Assembly (NCBI GenBank): GCA_039024555.1
Contig: JBCCQQ010000019.1
Location: forward strand, 33,967 to 97,966
Length of the DNA: 64,000 nt
Reading direction: 5' to 3'
From: Cyanobacteria bacterium P01_D01_bin.156
GTDB lineage: Bacteria > Cyanobacteriota > Cyanobacteriia > Phormidesmidales > Phormidesmidaceae
Both the position numbers and the translations under genes were made by a program. Numbering within the stretch: position 1 is the stretch's first letter; every line of letters begins with the position of its first letter. Below, one piece after another: positions 51,256 through 61,220 of this stretch. The notes beneath the pieces were generated by a model. That model was not told the origin of the DNA, searched no databases, and was given only the letters and a program-made list of their open reading frames with translations.

Positions 51256-52359
51256 TTAGGCTGCCGGGGGAGGCGGAGGCGGAACACTGCCGAGCAAAGA
51301 CTGTAGCTCGGGTACGGTATTGGCTGTTTGCCAACCGGCCATGCCCTGTTTCCAAACATTGGACTGGGCCGTTAATCCATTAGCCAGTAGCTGATCTTGG
51401 GGGTAGGGGCCAAAGTTTTGACCATCCCGGGTAATGTACCAGGCTGCCACAGGCATAGGCGGAGGTGGGGCAGCAGGCGCAGCAGGCATGCTGGGAGCAG
51501 AGACCTGTGGATTCATAGCATTCGCAATTTGTTGTCCCATGGCAATACCCACACCAAGATCTAGCCCTGGGCTTCCACCCGCAGGATTTTGCGCTGACTG
51601 TTCAATGGCGTTAGCCGCTTGGTATTGGGTGTACTGCTGCATATTGCCCAGAATGCCAATAGAAGCCCGTTTATCAAGGGCGGCTTCTACTTCCGGTGGG
51701 AGGGAAATATTCTCAATCAGCAACTGGCGTAGCTCTAAGCCAAACTGATCCATCTGGCTCTGCATGGCTTGGCGTACCTGCTCTCCCATAGTTTGGTAGT
51801 TCGCCGCCAAATCGAACAGCGGAGTTTGGTCTTGGCCAACCCAGCTAGCAAACGCCGACACGATCATGTTACGAAGATGATCGCTAATCTCATCGGTTTG
51901 GAACAGACCGTCAGTACTAATCAGCTGTTCTAGCAACGTGCGGGCATGATTCACCCGCATTGAATAAGTGCCATAGGCACGCAGTCTTACGGGTCCAAGT
52001 TCAGGATCTCGAATGGTGATGGGGTTAGCGGTGCCCCATTTGAGATTGGTAAAGATTTTGGTGTTGAAAAAGTAAACCTCAGCCTTAAAAGGAGAATTAA
52101 AGCCATACTTCCAGCCCATCAACGTAGTGAGGACAGGCATATTTTGAGTCTCTAGACGGTAGCGACCGGGCTCGTAGATATCAGCGACCTGGCCCTCGCC
52201 TACCAAGATGGCAACCTGGCCAGGACGCACGGTCAGTTGCGCCCCCATCTTGATTTCATTTTGAAACCGCTCAAAGCGATAAGCAATGGTATCTTGCGAC
52301 GGATCGAGCCATTCAATAATGTCAATAAATTCGGCTCGAACTTTCTCAAATAATCCCAC
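51256..52359 (-). CDS. SPFH domain protein with C-terminal GYF_2/DUF4339 domain
   Basis: EFIDIIEW, KWGT.NP, ENISLPPEVE; C-terminal WY...GQNFGPY...VWKQGMAGW. Confidence 0.88.
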   Translation of the reverse strand: MGLFEKVRAEFIDIIEWLDPSQDTIAYRFERFQNEIKMGAQLTVRPGQVAILVGEGQVADIYEPGRYRLETQNMPVLTTLMGWKYGFNSPFKAEVYFFNTKIFTNLKWGTANPITIRDPELGPVRLRAYGTYSMRVNHARTLLEQLISTDGLFQTDEISDHLRNMIVSAFASWVGQDQTPLFDLAANYQTMGEQVRQAMQSQMDQFGLELRQLLIENISLPPEVEAALDKRASIGILGNMQQYTQYQAANAIEQSAQNPAGGSPGLDLGVGIAMGQQIANAMNPQVSAPSMPAAPAAPPPPMPVAAWYITRDGQNFGPYPQDQLLANGLTAQSNVWKQGMAGWQTANTVPELQSLLGSVPPPPPPAA

Positions 52360-52631
52360 TGGTACGCTCTCCGTAGGTTTTTTCTAGAGTTAACCCAGTT
52401 TTCCCCGCGGCTGGGAAGTTCTAAGGATAACTGTCATAGAAATCAATACAGCTTAACGGGTACCAGTTCCGCATTCATAGATGTATTCTGCCGATAAACA
52501 CAGAGCAGAACAATTTTCTATGCCTCTACCATTTTGAATTTGGAATACCAGCCACTTCTAACTACCGCATTCCAAACGTAGCACTGGCCAAAATTTTCTG
52601 GTTTAAGTTACGCCCCCGTATTCCCTGTCGG

Positions 52632-53192
52632 TCAAACAGAGACTTTTTGCTCAACCCCAAAGCCCACTAGCCCTAGTTTTTCTAACGGTTGCCCAGCGGG
52701 TGGACGCAGATAGTTAAGAATGCGGCGAATGCGGGTCTCAGAGTTAATCAGGGTAATGGAATCCACTGAAACTACACGGGTATAGTTTGTGGTCATCAAT
52801 AGTTCGTTAGTATTGCCATCAAACCGAAAGTGGGAAACGATGGGGCGCGCTTCTTCGTAGGCGCGATCGCGCAGATAATCTCCTTCAAGGGTATGGCCTG
52901 TTTCGTTATGCACCACAAAAAGCAAATTTAGAGCCTGGGAGACCTTTTCTCCTTTTTCAGACACCGTATTAAAGGCCAGATTAAACCCCGGTAATATAGA
53001 TAAATCGGCAATGGGCGGATAGCCATTATCTGACAGCACCTTAGACTTGACATCAGGTGCGATGGGAGTCACTTGAAAGTCTGTGTGGGAGCGCTCCACT
53101 TCATTCTGAGTGAGGTAGTGGTAGGTGCGTTCGGTGGACCAATGACCAACACAGTGATCAAAAAAGGTATGGAAAACTGAGCGAAGCTCCAT
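52632..53192 (-). CDS. CpcS/CpeS-family phycobiliprotein lyase paralog
   Basis: FF..CVG.W.TERTYHYL, YLRDRAYEE and GFGVEQK. Confidence 0.8.
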   Translation of the reverse strand: MELRSVFHTFFDHCVGHWSTERTYHYLTQNEVERSHTDFQVTPIAPDVKSKVLSDNGYPPIADLSILPGFNLAFNTVSEKGEKVSQALNLLFVVHNETGHTLEGDYLRDRAYEEARPIVSHFRFDGNTNELLMTTNYTRVVSVDSITLINSETRIRRILNYLRPPAGQPLEKLGLVGFGVEQKVSV

Positions 53193-53274
53193 AAATTTGC
53201 CCTTAGAAGGATTCTATCCTTTCATAATAAATGGCTGGGTTCTGCCAGCTAGCCAGTCATACGAATTCTCTTGC

Positions 53275-53865
53275 ATGTCCCACGTCACTGATACCGCTAC
53301 CCTGCTGAAATGGATGGCCGCTGACTTTAGCAACCAAGCTCAAGCCATCGAAAATCCTCCCTTTTTTGCTCATATCCGGGTATGCATGCGGCCCTTACCC
53401 TTGGGTTTTCTGCCCGGTAGCTGTCTATATTTAGAACAGGCCTATGACTTTATGCTGGGCCAGCCCTACCGGGTAAGAGTGCTTCACTTTCTCCCTCAGG
53501 AAGACCACATCTTGTTGGAAAACTATACCTTTAAGGAACCGGCCACGGTCATCGGTGCCGCTCGTAGCAAAGAGAAATTGATCACCCTATCCGCTGACCA
53601 AATTACCAAAATGCCCGGTTGTGACATGACCGTACAGTGGACCGGCCATAGCTTTATTGGGAAAGTGGTCCCTGGCAAAAACTGCATTGTGGAGCGCCAG
53701 GGCAAAACCAGCTACCTCGACAATGAATTTGAAATAACCAATGACAAACTAATTAGCTACGATCGGGGCCGCGATCCAGAAACAGATGAACTTCTCTGGG
53801 GTTCCATTGCGGGTCCGTTTGAATTTGAAAAACGGCAGCGGTTTGATCACGAAGTGATGATTTAG
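53275..53865 (+). CDS. cpcT: Chromophore lyase CpcT/CpeT
   Basis: DFSNQAQA.ENPPFFAHI, EQAYD, PYR.R, DRGRDPET and WGS..GPFEF; start moved to ATG 53275. Confidence 0.93.
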   Translation: MSHVTDTATLLKWMAADFSNQAQAIENPPFFAHIRVCMRPLPLGFLPGSCLYLEQAYDFMLGQPYRVRVLHFLPQEDHILLENYTFKEPATVIGAARSKEKLITLSADQITKMPGCDMTVQWTGHSFIGKVVPGKNCIVERQGKTSYLDNEFEITNDKLISYDRGRDPETDELLWGSIAGPFEFEKRQRFDHEVMI

Positions 53866-53873
53866 CTGCACAG

Positions 53874-54128
53874 TTACTGCACTGGTGTGGGCTGTTTAGA
53901 CAAAATAAATTCCAAAAAGGCGTAGGTAGTAGCAGTGTCAAAACGGAAACTGTGGCCGTTATAGTCCACGATATATTCACCTTCTACCTCACCACAGGCA
54001 GTACAGGTGAATGCTTTGGAGGCTAAAGTCTCAACACTGAGGTCACGAATACGTTTAGACAACCAGGTTTCTAGTTGGGCAAATTCAAAAGACTCTTTGC
54101 TAGCCTGGCGCTGGGTTTCGTAATCCAT
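53874..54128 (-). CDS. Small hypothetical protein (CxxC)
   Basis: 84-aa ATG ORF with CTAC. Confidence 0.6.
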   Translation of the reverse strand: MDYETQRQASKESFEFAQLETWLSKRIRDLSVETLASKAFTCTACGEVEGEYIVDYNGHSFRFDTATTYAFLEFILSKQPTPVQ

Positions 54129-54280
54129 TTTTAACGATCTCTTTATTGGGGTTCAATAGCCATTATCTCTGCTAGATTCTAGCTTTTTCTGAGAAAGCGA
54201 TTGAAGTCTCCTGAGCGCTGTTATCTACTCCTGTTAGAACATCCTTTGTCGTCACATAGACAACAAATAAATACATAGAG

Positions 54281-54733
54281 CTAATGCATTGCATTGACAA
54301 AGTCGGCTTGCTGGTCCCGAGGAATGGGCCAATCTTCATTTTCGCCGCCAATGTATACCCGTTTAATAACGATGTAGTCTTTACTAAACTGCTGCAACGT
54401 ATTGACTAGTACATCTAGAGCCACTGCATCGGTGGTGCCCAGATCAAACCAGCAACGCGCCCAGGTACCCTGAAACTGAACTTCAGACATGTTGTGCATC
54501 ACTGACATTAAACTACCGTCAGCAGCGTCATTGTCGTAGTCCATGTAGCTAATTTCGTGGCCGCCATCCTGCACCTGCATATTTTCAGCATTGAAGCCCC
54601 CGAGCTTACCGAGAAAAAACCACGAGTCGAAAATTTCTTCAATGTATTGTTGCTCCATGGCCGATGGCACAGTCTCAAGTTCTAGCCAAATCCACAGATT
54701 AAAAAAATCGCACTCGCGAAAGCGAATTTCCAT
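54281..54733 (-). CDS. DUF3531 family protein
   Basis: SWFFLGKLGGFNAENMQ, MHNM, WARCWFDLGT.D and IGGENEDW. Confidence 0.85.
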   Translation of the reverse strand: MEIRFRECDFFNLWIWLELETVPSAMEQQYIEEIFDSWFFLGKLGGFNAENMQVQDGGHEISYMDYDNDAADGSLMSVMHNMSEVQFQGTWARCWFDLGTTDAVALDVLVNTLQQFSKDYIVIKRVYIGGENEDWPIPRDQQADFVNAMH

Positions 54734-54908
54734 AGCTCAGATCTTTTGATTTAGGTATTGATCGCTTAAGGCAATAGCCCGCAACGTAAGATTGGTATAG
54801 CACAGCAAGCTGACAGTAATTCAAAAGTAAGGGTTAGCAATCTCGTTAGAAACCAAGCAAGGGGTTAAACATTGGCTATAGTGTGGGGTGGTCTCCATGA
54901 TCTACCTG

Positions 54909-55553
54909 ATGCTCACTCTCGATAATGTTTCATATCATCCAGCTGCTACGGTAACCCCTATTCTCAAAAAGGTTTCGTTTAAGCTTGAGCCAAAAAAGAT
55001 GGGCCTCATTGTCGGGCCGAGCGGTTCAGGTAAAAGTACGCTGTTGGAAATTTTGGCAGGATTGGTTTCTCCATCTAAGGGGAAACTGTACTGGCGTGAG
55101 CAAGAGCTTCAACCGGAAACCCTACAACAGCTTGCAGGGCTAGTGTTTCAATTTCCAGAACGACATTTTTGTGGCCATACGGTTTTAGAAGAGCTTCGCA
55201 TTGGTCATCCTGAATTGGGTTCAGAGCAAGTGACCAAAACATTGGAGTCGGTGGGGTTAGGGGCCATCTCTCTACAAGCTCCTCCCCATGCCCTGAGCGG
55301 CGGTCAACAACGACGGTTAGCTCTGGGAGTACAGCTAATTCGACAGCCCTATCTACTATTGCTGGATGAACCCACAGCTGGATTAGATTGGTCCATGAAG
55401 CAGCAGCTAATTGGCCTGTTAGCAGAACTTAAGGAAAATTGGAGCTTGCTCATAGTCTCCCACGATGCCAGTGACTTAGCCCATTTGGCGGATTACTGCT
55501 GGACCTTAAAAAATGGGGAGCTGCGATCGCAATCCCTAGAACCAGCCGCGTAG
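54909..55553 (+). CDS. ABC ATP-binding protein (CbiO/EcfA-like)
   Basis: GPSGSGKST, LVFQFPERHF, LSGGQQRR and LDEPTAGLD. Confidence 0.9.
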   Translation: MLTLDNVSYHPAATVTPILKKVSFKLEPKKMGLIVGPSGSGKSTLLEILAGLVSPSKGKLYWREQELQPETLQQLAGLVFQFPERHFCGHTVLEELRIGHPELGSEQVTKTLESVGLGAISLQAPPHALSGGQQRRLALGVQLIRQPYLLLLDEPTAGLDWSMKQQLIGLLAELKENWSLLIVSHDASDLAHLADYCWTLKNGELRSQSLEPAA

Positions 55554-55650
55554 GTCGAGTTGGTTTTACCGTCCACTACGGTGGGTAATCCAAGAGACTC
55601 AACTCAACAAAAGAACGATTGCTTCGCATCAGAAAAATAGGAATCAGCGA

Positions 55651-56400
55651 ATGACAGCAACGGTACATCTCCCCACCCATGACAAGCTATGGCAAGAAAC
55701 CCTGCAATGGCAGCCATCTGAGACACAGCAAGGGCTCTTCCAGGAGCTGTATCAGGGAATCGTCGGTGCCAACCGCCAAGTGAACTTAACTCGCATCACA
55801 GAACCGAGTGAATTTTGGGAAAAGCATCTATGGGATTCACTGAGCGGGCTGGCGCCATGGTACGAACCGGAAAAACCAGAATGGTTACCGACGGTGAAGC
55901 GAGTGATTGATATTGGTACCGGCGGTGGCTTTCCAGGGATACCTGTTGCGATCGCACGTCCCCGTTGGCAAATTACCCTCCTCGACTCCACCCGTAAAAA
56001 AATTGCCTGCCTCGAAGGCCTGTGCCAACAGTTGGGTCTGGATAACACCGCATTTCTAGCAGAGCGCGCTGAAACGATAGGACGTGATCCGGCCCATCGC
56101 GCCCAATACGACTTAGCAATGGTTCGGGCCGTAGGACCAGCTTCCACTTGCGCCGAATATGCCCTACCCCTACTCAAAAAAGGCGGATTTGCAGTCTTAT
56201 TTCGCGGTCAGTGGAGCGATGAGGAAGAAGAGCTGTTTATGGGAGCTTTGGATACTTTGGGCGGAGAACTGGTAGCCATATGCCCCTGGGAAACACCGCT
56301 CAGTCAGGGCATACGCCACTGTCTATACGTAAAAAAGGTAGAAAAGACCGATAAAGAATTTCCTCGACAGGTGGGGGTACCGGCCAAAAAACCCTTGTAA
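55651..56400 (+). CDS. rsmG: 16S rRNA m7G527 methyltransferase RsmG (GidB)
   Basis: NLTRI, KHLWDSL, DIGTGGGFPG, LDS..KK, RAE and RAV. Confidence 0.95.
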   Translation: MTATVHLPTHDKLWQETLQWQPSETQQGLFQELYQGIVGANRQVNLTRITEPSEFWEKHLWDSLSGLAPWYEPEKPEWLPTVKRVIDIGTGGGFPGIPVAIARPRWQITLLDSTRKKIACLEGLCQQLGLDNTAFLAERAETIGRDPAHRAQYDLAMVRAVGPASTCAEYALPLLKKGGFAVLFRGQWSDEEEELFMGALDTLGGELVAICPWETPLSQGIRHCLYVKKVEKTDKEFPRQVGVPAKKPL

Positions 56401-56448
56401 GCACACTCGACACAAAAAGAGCGAACAGCGTCTACCCTCTAAGGCAAT

Positions 56449-57210
56449 TCATTTGCCGATAGCTTTAACCATCAAAATACCGCCAAAGTAGAGAAATATC
56501 ACTGCACCTGCCAATAAGCTCTGTGTAATCGGATCGGTAGAAGGTGTCAGCACAGCCCCTAGAACCACCGCCCCCAATAAAACTGCACGCCAACCTTTTA
56601 ACATCGTGGCAGAGTTAACAATTCCAAGCAGACCTAGCAATAGCTGAATAACCGGGATCTGAAACGCTAGGCCAGTGCTAAATAGCAACAGCAGGACAAA
56701 CTCAAAGTATCGATCAATGGACCACAGCTGCTCAACGACGCCTTCACCGTAATTGATAAAGAAGTTGAGGGCCGCCGGAATCAACGCAATGTAAGCAAAA
56801 CCAATACCGGCCACAAATAGGACGCTCGAGCCGAGGACTATCGGCCCTAACAGTCCTCGCTCTCGTCGGGTGAGCCCTGGTAGCACAAATAAAGCAATTT
56901 GGTACAGGATAAAAGGGCTAGAAACCAAAATACCGCTGTAGCCGGCCACTTTAATCGATACAAAGAAATACTCACCAGGGGAAAGCTGCAGAAACTTAGC
57001 CCCCTGAGCCGGAATTTCTAGCAGCTCAACAATATGATTAACGACGCAAAAACAGGCAATAACGCCTACAAGTACTGCAATTAGCGAGTAGAAAATGCGC
57101 ACCCGCAGCTCTTCAAGGTGGTCGAAGAGGGACATTTCTAACTCATCGGGCAGTTCGTCTAAATAGTCTTGCTGCTCAGTAGACTCTACCGTCTCTAAAT
57201 TGGACGTCAT
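56449..57210 (-). CDS. tatC: Twin-arginine translocase subunit TatC
   Basis: [21 protein letters not shown]...E, FQIP and TPSTDP.TQ. Confidence 0.96.
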   Translation of the reverse strand: MTSNLETVESTEQQDYLDELPDELEMSLFDHLEELRVRIFYSLIAVLVGVIACFCVVNHIVELLEIPAQGAKFLQLSPGEYFFVSIKVAGYSGILVSSPFILYQIALFVLPGLTRRERGLLGPIVLGSSVLFVAGIGFAYIALIPAALNFFINYGEGVVEQLWSIDRYFEFVLLLLFSTGLAFQIPVIQLLLGLLGIVNSATMLKGWRAVLLGAVVLGAVLTPSTDPITQSLLAGAVIFLYFGGILMVKAIGK

Positions 57211-57300
57211 GGGCTGCAGTGCCAAATATCTCGTGTCGGTATGTTATCTATTGTATCGCTGCAGCTGTAGCGTAACCGCATTCAACCAGGCTAATCCTAA

Positions 57301-58419
57301 TTATTCTTCGTCGGCAGTAAATCTTAGGACCTCTGCCCCCCCAGGGTTACCCGCTGGTGTGGGGTCGCCACCATTGGCAGAAACTAACGCAGCTCCTGCA
57401 TTACCTACATTCATGGTGATCACTTCTTGGCCTTCCCAAGTTTCCTGAGTGCCGGGGTTTAATAGCCCTTCAAAAACGATTTCGCCATCAACGTTGACAC
57501 TCATCCAGGAGGGACCGGCTTCAGTCACCTCCACTTGTACGCTGACGGGGGCAGCACTGCTGACCACAGGTTCGGGCTCGGGCACAGGCTCAGGAGTCGC
57601 AGGAAATGTTTCAGCCTGAATCACTTCAGGGTCCGGAACTTCTGTCTGTATAGGTTCGGAGGACGGCTCAGAACGATTGCCAAGAAAGCGCGGAGCGATG
57701 AATGAGATCGCCCCCACTAGCAGCACCACAGCCCCCACTCCCCAGGGCAGCCAAGACTTACCAGAGCCCGACGAGGTACTGCCAAAATCACTGCCCAAGG
57801 GAGTAACCGGCTCTATTAAACTTGTCCCTAAGGCGTCTCCCCCGCTGGGTTGTGACGTTTCAGCAGCAGCATTCAAACCACTACTGCCAATGCTCTCTAG
57901 TCCACGCTCATCCGAAACACGAGGTTCTGGCTTAAAGTCTGTGCGGATGTTTATGGGAGACACTGGCTGAATTACCGACCTTGTCTCCTCGGCAACATCC
58001 TTAGGCACCACGACAGAGGGTTCAACCTTTTGGACCGGCAATGCTCCTCCCCTGGGGCCTGAGGCTTGAGGTACCTGTAAGGGGAGCTTTGAGGTATCCC
58101 GACCGGTCATCTCAAACTGTGTGGCAGGGCGCGGTGTCGGTCGCGGTGTATTGGGAATGGAATGGACCGGAAACTGTTTAGCAAAATTGCTCCCGTCCAA
58201 CCCCAGGGAATCCGCATAGCGACGGATAAAACCCTGTACAAAAATCGGTTGGGGCAAATCAGTAGTGTCACCGTTTTCTACGGCCTTGAGTAATTGAGCC
58301 CGAATGTAAGTCTGTAGGGAAATATCCTCTAAGGATTTTCCCTGTTCCTGGCGTTTTTCCTGCAGGTAAGCGCCAAGTTGGCTCAGTTGTTGCTTTTGAA
58401 CGGTGCTGTAGCTAGTCAC
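57301..58419 (-). CDS. rodZ: RodZ-like protein (HTH + TM + DUF4115)
   Basis: LG.YLQ..R, LP.PIFVQGFIRRYA..LGL, one TM helix, SWMSV.VDG and GNAGA. Confidence 0.85.
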   Translation of the reverse strand: MTSYSTVQKQQLSQLGAYLQEKRQEQGKSLEDISLQTYIRAQLLKAVENGDTTDLPQPIFVQGFIRRYADSLGLDGSNFAKQFPVHSIPNTPRPTPRPATQFEMTGRDTSKLPLQVPQASGPRGGALPVQKVEPSVVVPKDVAEETRSVIQPVSPINIRTDFKPEPRVSDERGLESIGSSGLNAAAETSQPSGGDALGTSLIEPVTPLGSDFGSTSSGSGKSWLPWGVGAVVLLVGAISFIAPRFLGNRSEPSSEPIQTEVPDPEVIQAETFPATPEPVPEPEPVVSSAAPVSVQVEVTEAGPSWMSVNVDGEIVFEGLLNPGTQETWEGQEVITMNVGNAGAALVSANGGDPTPAGNPGGAEVLRFTADEE

Positions 58420-58686
58420 GTTACTCTGCTGATGAGGGGCTTAGGTGAAAATCCTGGCTCGGATAGAAAAATCGTATGATTTCAGGCACTAACAGGCTAC
58501 AAAAATTACACACCTGTATCAATAGCCATCGCTGTATTTGACTATCTACGTATATTTTCGCCAACTATCTACTTGTGTCAATGACTTCATGTAATTCTCC
58601 ACACTTGATGCATGCATCAAATGACATCGGGGTTGCGACAGATGTCTGCGCACAAAACACACAAACAGTCTATCTGAAGTCCCTGA

Positions 58687-60858
58687 TTACCTAACCTGAG
58701 CAATGTGCTGGGCTATCTGACGACTAATTTCGGGATTATAAAGCCTAAGGTAATTCCAATACCCACCAAAAACCGCTTCCACATATCCTTGGGTTTCAGC
58801 AAAAGGAATATTGTGGACGAACACGTCTGGATCACCATACCCCCTGGCAATCCAGTCGGCTACATTTCCGGGGCCAGCGTTATAGCTAGCCACCGCAAAT
58901 TTGGAATTATCACCATATTCCCGATGGGTGTAGTCCAGGTACCAGGTACCAATCTTGATATTCTCGTTGGGATTTTCTAGCCGAGTCTCCACATCAGCAG
59001 AGCTTTCTCCTATTTGGGTAAGCACCCACTCAGCCGTGCTAGGCAGCACCTGCATCAAGCCAATGGCATCGGCCACAGAGCGAATATTCGGTTCAAAACG
59101 AGACTCCTGTCGCATGAGAGACGTCACGAGCAAGGGATTGAGCTGTCGCTGCTGGGACCAGGTTTGGATCAACTCGGCAAAAGGAAATGGATAAACTGTA
59201 TGACCATAGGCAGAGGTAGCTCTGAGTTGCTGATATTCAGTTCGTTCAGCCTGCTCGTCACGCCAAGCCAAACTTGTGAGCATAAAGATTCCGTCCAAAT
59301 TGTCCCCCACTCCCACCCGCAGGACACCATCGGTAAATTGCTCAGCAACGGTAGGGGTTTCGACATTCGTGAATTCTGTCTGCCAGAGGCTCCAGGCATC
59401 AGCATCTTGCCCCAGTTGATAGAGCAGATTTAAGGTGTCGGACCCAGCAGGCAAGGGTTGACGTTGCTGGGGCAAGCTGACCTCCGGTGCTAGATAGCGG
59501 ACACTGTCAAAATCTCCCACATTCCACCCCAGCAGCACTGCAGAACGCCAGGCAAAATAGGATTCAGGATATCTAGCAATCGTACGTTCATAAGCCGAGC
59601 GACCGTCTTGTCCCTGTTGGGTGGACCACTTCCCCGACCAGAAACTGGCTTCGGCAGCCAGCTCACTCTCAGGATTGTCGGCCACTAATGCTTCTGCTAA
59701 CTGTCGGGCAGTGGTGAAGTCATTAGCCTTAGCCGCTTTATGGGCTCGGATTAGGCGGAGTTCTGCAGCCGCATCGGAACCACCGTACTGACTTAGCACC
59801 GATGTGCGAGCATCTTTAGCGGAGGTGGGGCTATTGAGCTGGTCTAGGATATTGGCCTTCTTGAGCAAGGCTTCTCCAGCTCGGTCTGGAAAGGTTTTAA
59901 TAACCTGATCTAAGGGAGATAAGGCGGCTTTATCGGGTAGAGAATCTACCAGTTTGATTAGACCCAAACCCGTTTCAGGCGCTTCAGGATAGGTTTGTGC
60001 TAGCTTTTGGTAAGCTGCGATCGCAACTACCTTTTTTTGAGCGATCTGGGCTCCTCGGGCTGCCCGATATAGGCTGGTTGGCGATGTTGGAGCCTTTGCA
60101 TAGGCTTGGGCCGCCTTGCCGTAGCGCTGATTTTCCCAATAGCCAAACCCAATGGTACTCCATTGCTCAGGGGTGAGCTCTGGACCATATTCCTTCGTTA
60201 GCCGATCCAAACTGGCCTCATATTCCTCTCGGTAAAGACCGTGAGCTGCCACCAACAGCAAGAGATTTTTCGAGGTCCCCGTGGTTAATTTTTTAAGCGC
60301 GACTTCTACCGCCCGTGGATGGCTAGGATGTTGACTGAGCAAGGCATCCCATTGAGTTGGGTCCTGCTTACCTAGTTCATAACGAGCCTCAGCCGTAGCG
60401 CCATGGTCTGGATAATCGGCCAGCAGCTGGCTCCAACTTTGAGGAGATACACCAGACAGCTTTTGCGCCTGTCCTTGCTTAAGGAGTACATGAGGGACCA
60501 GTGCTATGGGTGCATCTGCCATGGCTTGATTATCCAAAATAGCCGATGCATCCGTTCCGTTACCTTGATTCAGTAAGTCCGTTGCTAGCAAGTAGCTCGC
60601 TAAAAGGCTGTCTTGACCAGCCTGATCATCAGCAATCAGTTGCTTTAACATTTCTGCGCGGGCTGCCGGTGGCTGCAGCGCCAAGCGCAAGGCTGCAGAC
60701 TCAGTCAGAATCGGTTGCTGAATTTTAGAAGACTCAGTAGCCGGTGGCAATGCTCGCTGGGTAGCCCGAACAAAAAAACCGACGAGAGCCAAACTCGCCA
60801 GGCTAATCCCTCCTATCAACAAGAGCGGTAACTGTTCCCTAAGACGTTTTCCCACCAT
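58687..60858 (-). CDS. slt: Soluble lytic transglycosylase with TPR-like repeats
   Basis: MRQESRF, GLMQ, SYNAGPG and IPF.ET..YV. Confidence 0.92.
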   Translation of the reverse strand: MVGKRLREQLPLLLIGGISLASLALVGFFVRATQRALPPATESSKIQQPILTESAALRLALQPPAARAEMLKQLIADDQAGQDSLLASYLLATDLLNQGNGTDASAILDNQAMADAPIALVPHVLLKQGQAQKLSGVSPQSWSQLLADYPDHGATAEARYELGKQDPTQWDALLSQHPSHPRAVEVALKKLTTGTSKNLLLLVAAHGLYREEYEASLDRLTKEYGPELTPEQWSTIGFGYWENQRYGKAAQAYAKAPTSPTSLYRAARGAQIAQKKVVAIAAYQKLAQTYPEAPETGLGLIKLVDSLPDKAALSPLDQVIKTFPDRAGEALLKKANILDQLNSPTSAKDARTSVLSQYGGSDAAAELRLIRAHKAAKANDFTTARQLAEALVADNPESELAAEASFWSGKWSTQQGQDGRSAYERTIARYPESYFAWRSAVLLGWNVGDFDSVRYLAPEVSLPQQRQPLPAGSDTLNLLYQLGQDADAWSLWQTEFTNVETPTVAEQFTDGVLRVGVGDNLDGIFMLTSLAWRDEQAERTEYQQLRATSAYGHTVYPFPFAELIQTWSQQRQLNPLLVTSLMRQESRFEPNIRSVADAIGLMQVLPSTAEWVLTQIGESSADVETRLENPNENIKIGTWYLDYTHREYGDNSKFAVASYNAGPGNVADWIARGYGDPDVFVHNIPFAETQGYVEAVFGGYWNYLRLYNPEISRQIAQHIAQVR

Positions 60859-61220
60859 GACTCAGCTAAACCAACGATAAAAAAGCGAGATCCACAATAT
60901 AGGCGACATTTCTATATACAATCGAATTCTTGGCAACAGCCACCCAAACATTAGCCACATTATTTTTGGATAGAAATCAATAGCGGTTCAACCTCGGTAT
61001 GCAAGCTATTCAAAGGGCTGTCCAGAATATAATTTTGCAACCATATTTCAAGACATCAACGCTCGCTAGAGCACTAAGTCGAAACCACTATGTCTGGCGC
61101 GAACTGTGGGGTACATTCCGCAGTTCGCCATACCAGCAGCATAATAAATAACCACATACGATATTCAGTCACTCAAACAGACTGAAATCATTAGATACTA
61201 GGACGGGAATTAGCACTGAG

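Noticed and set aside
61099..61128. Inverted repeat gcgaactgtgg/ccgcagttcgc upstream of pepA
   Set aside because: A single hairpin with no other copy or recognisable motif in the window.
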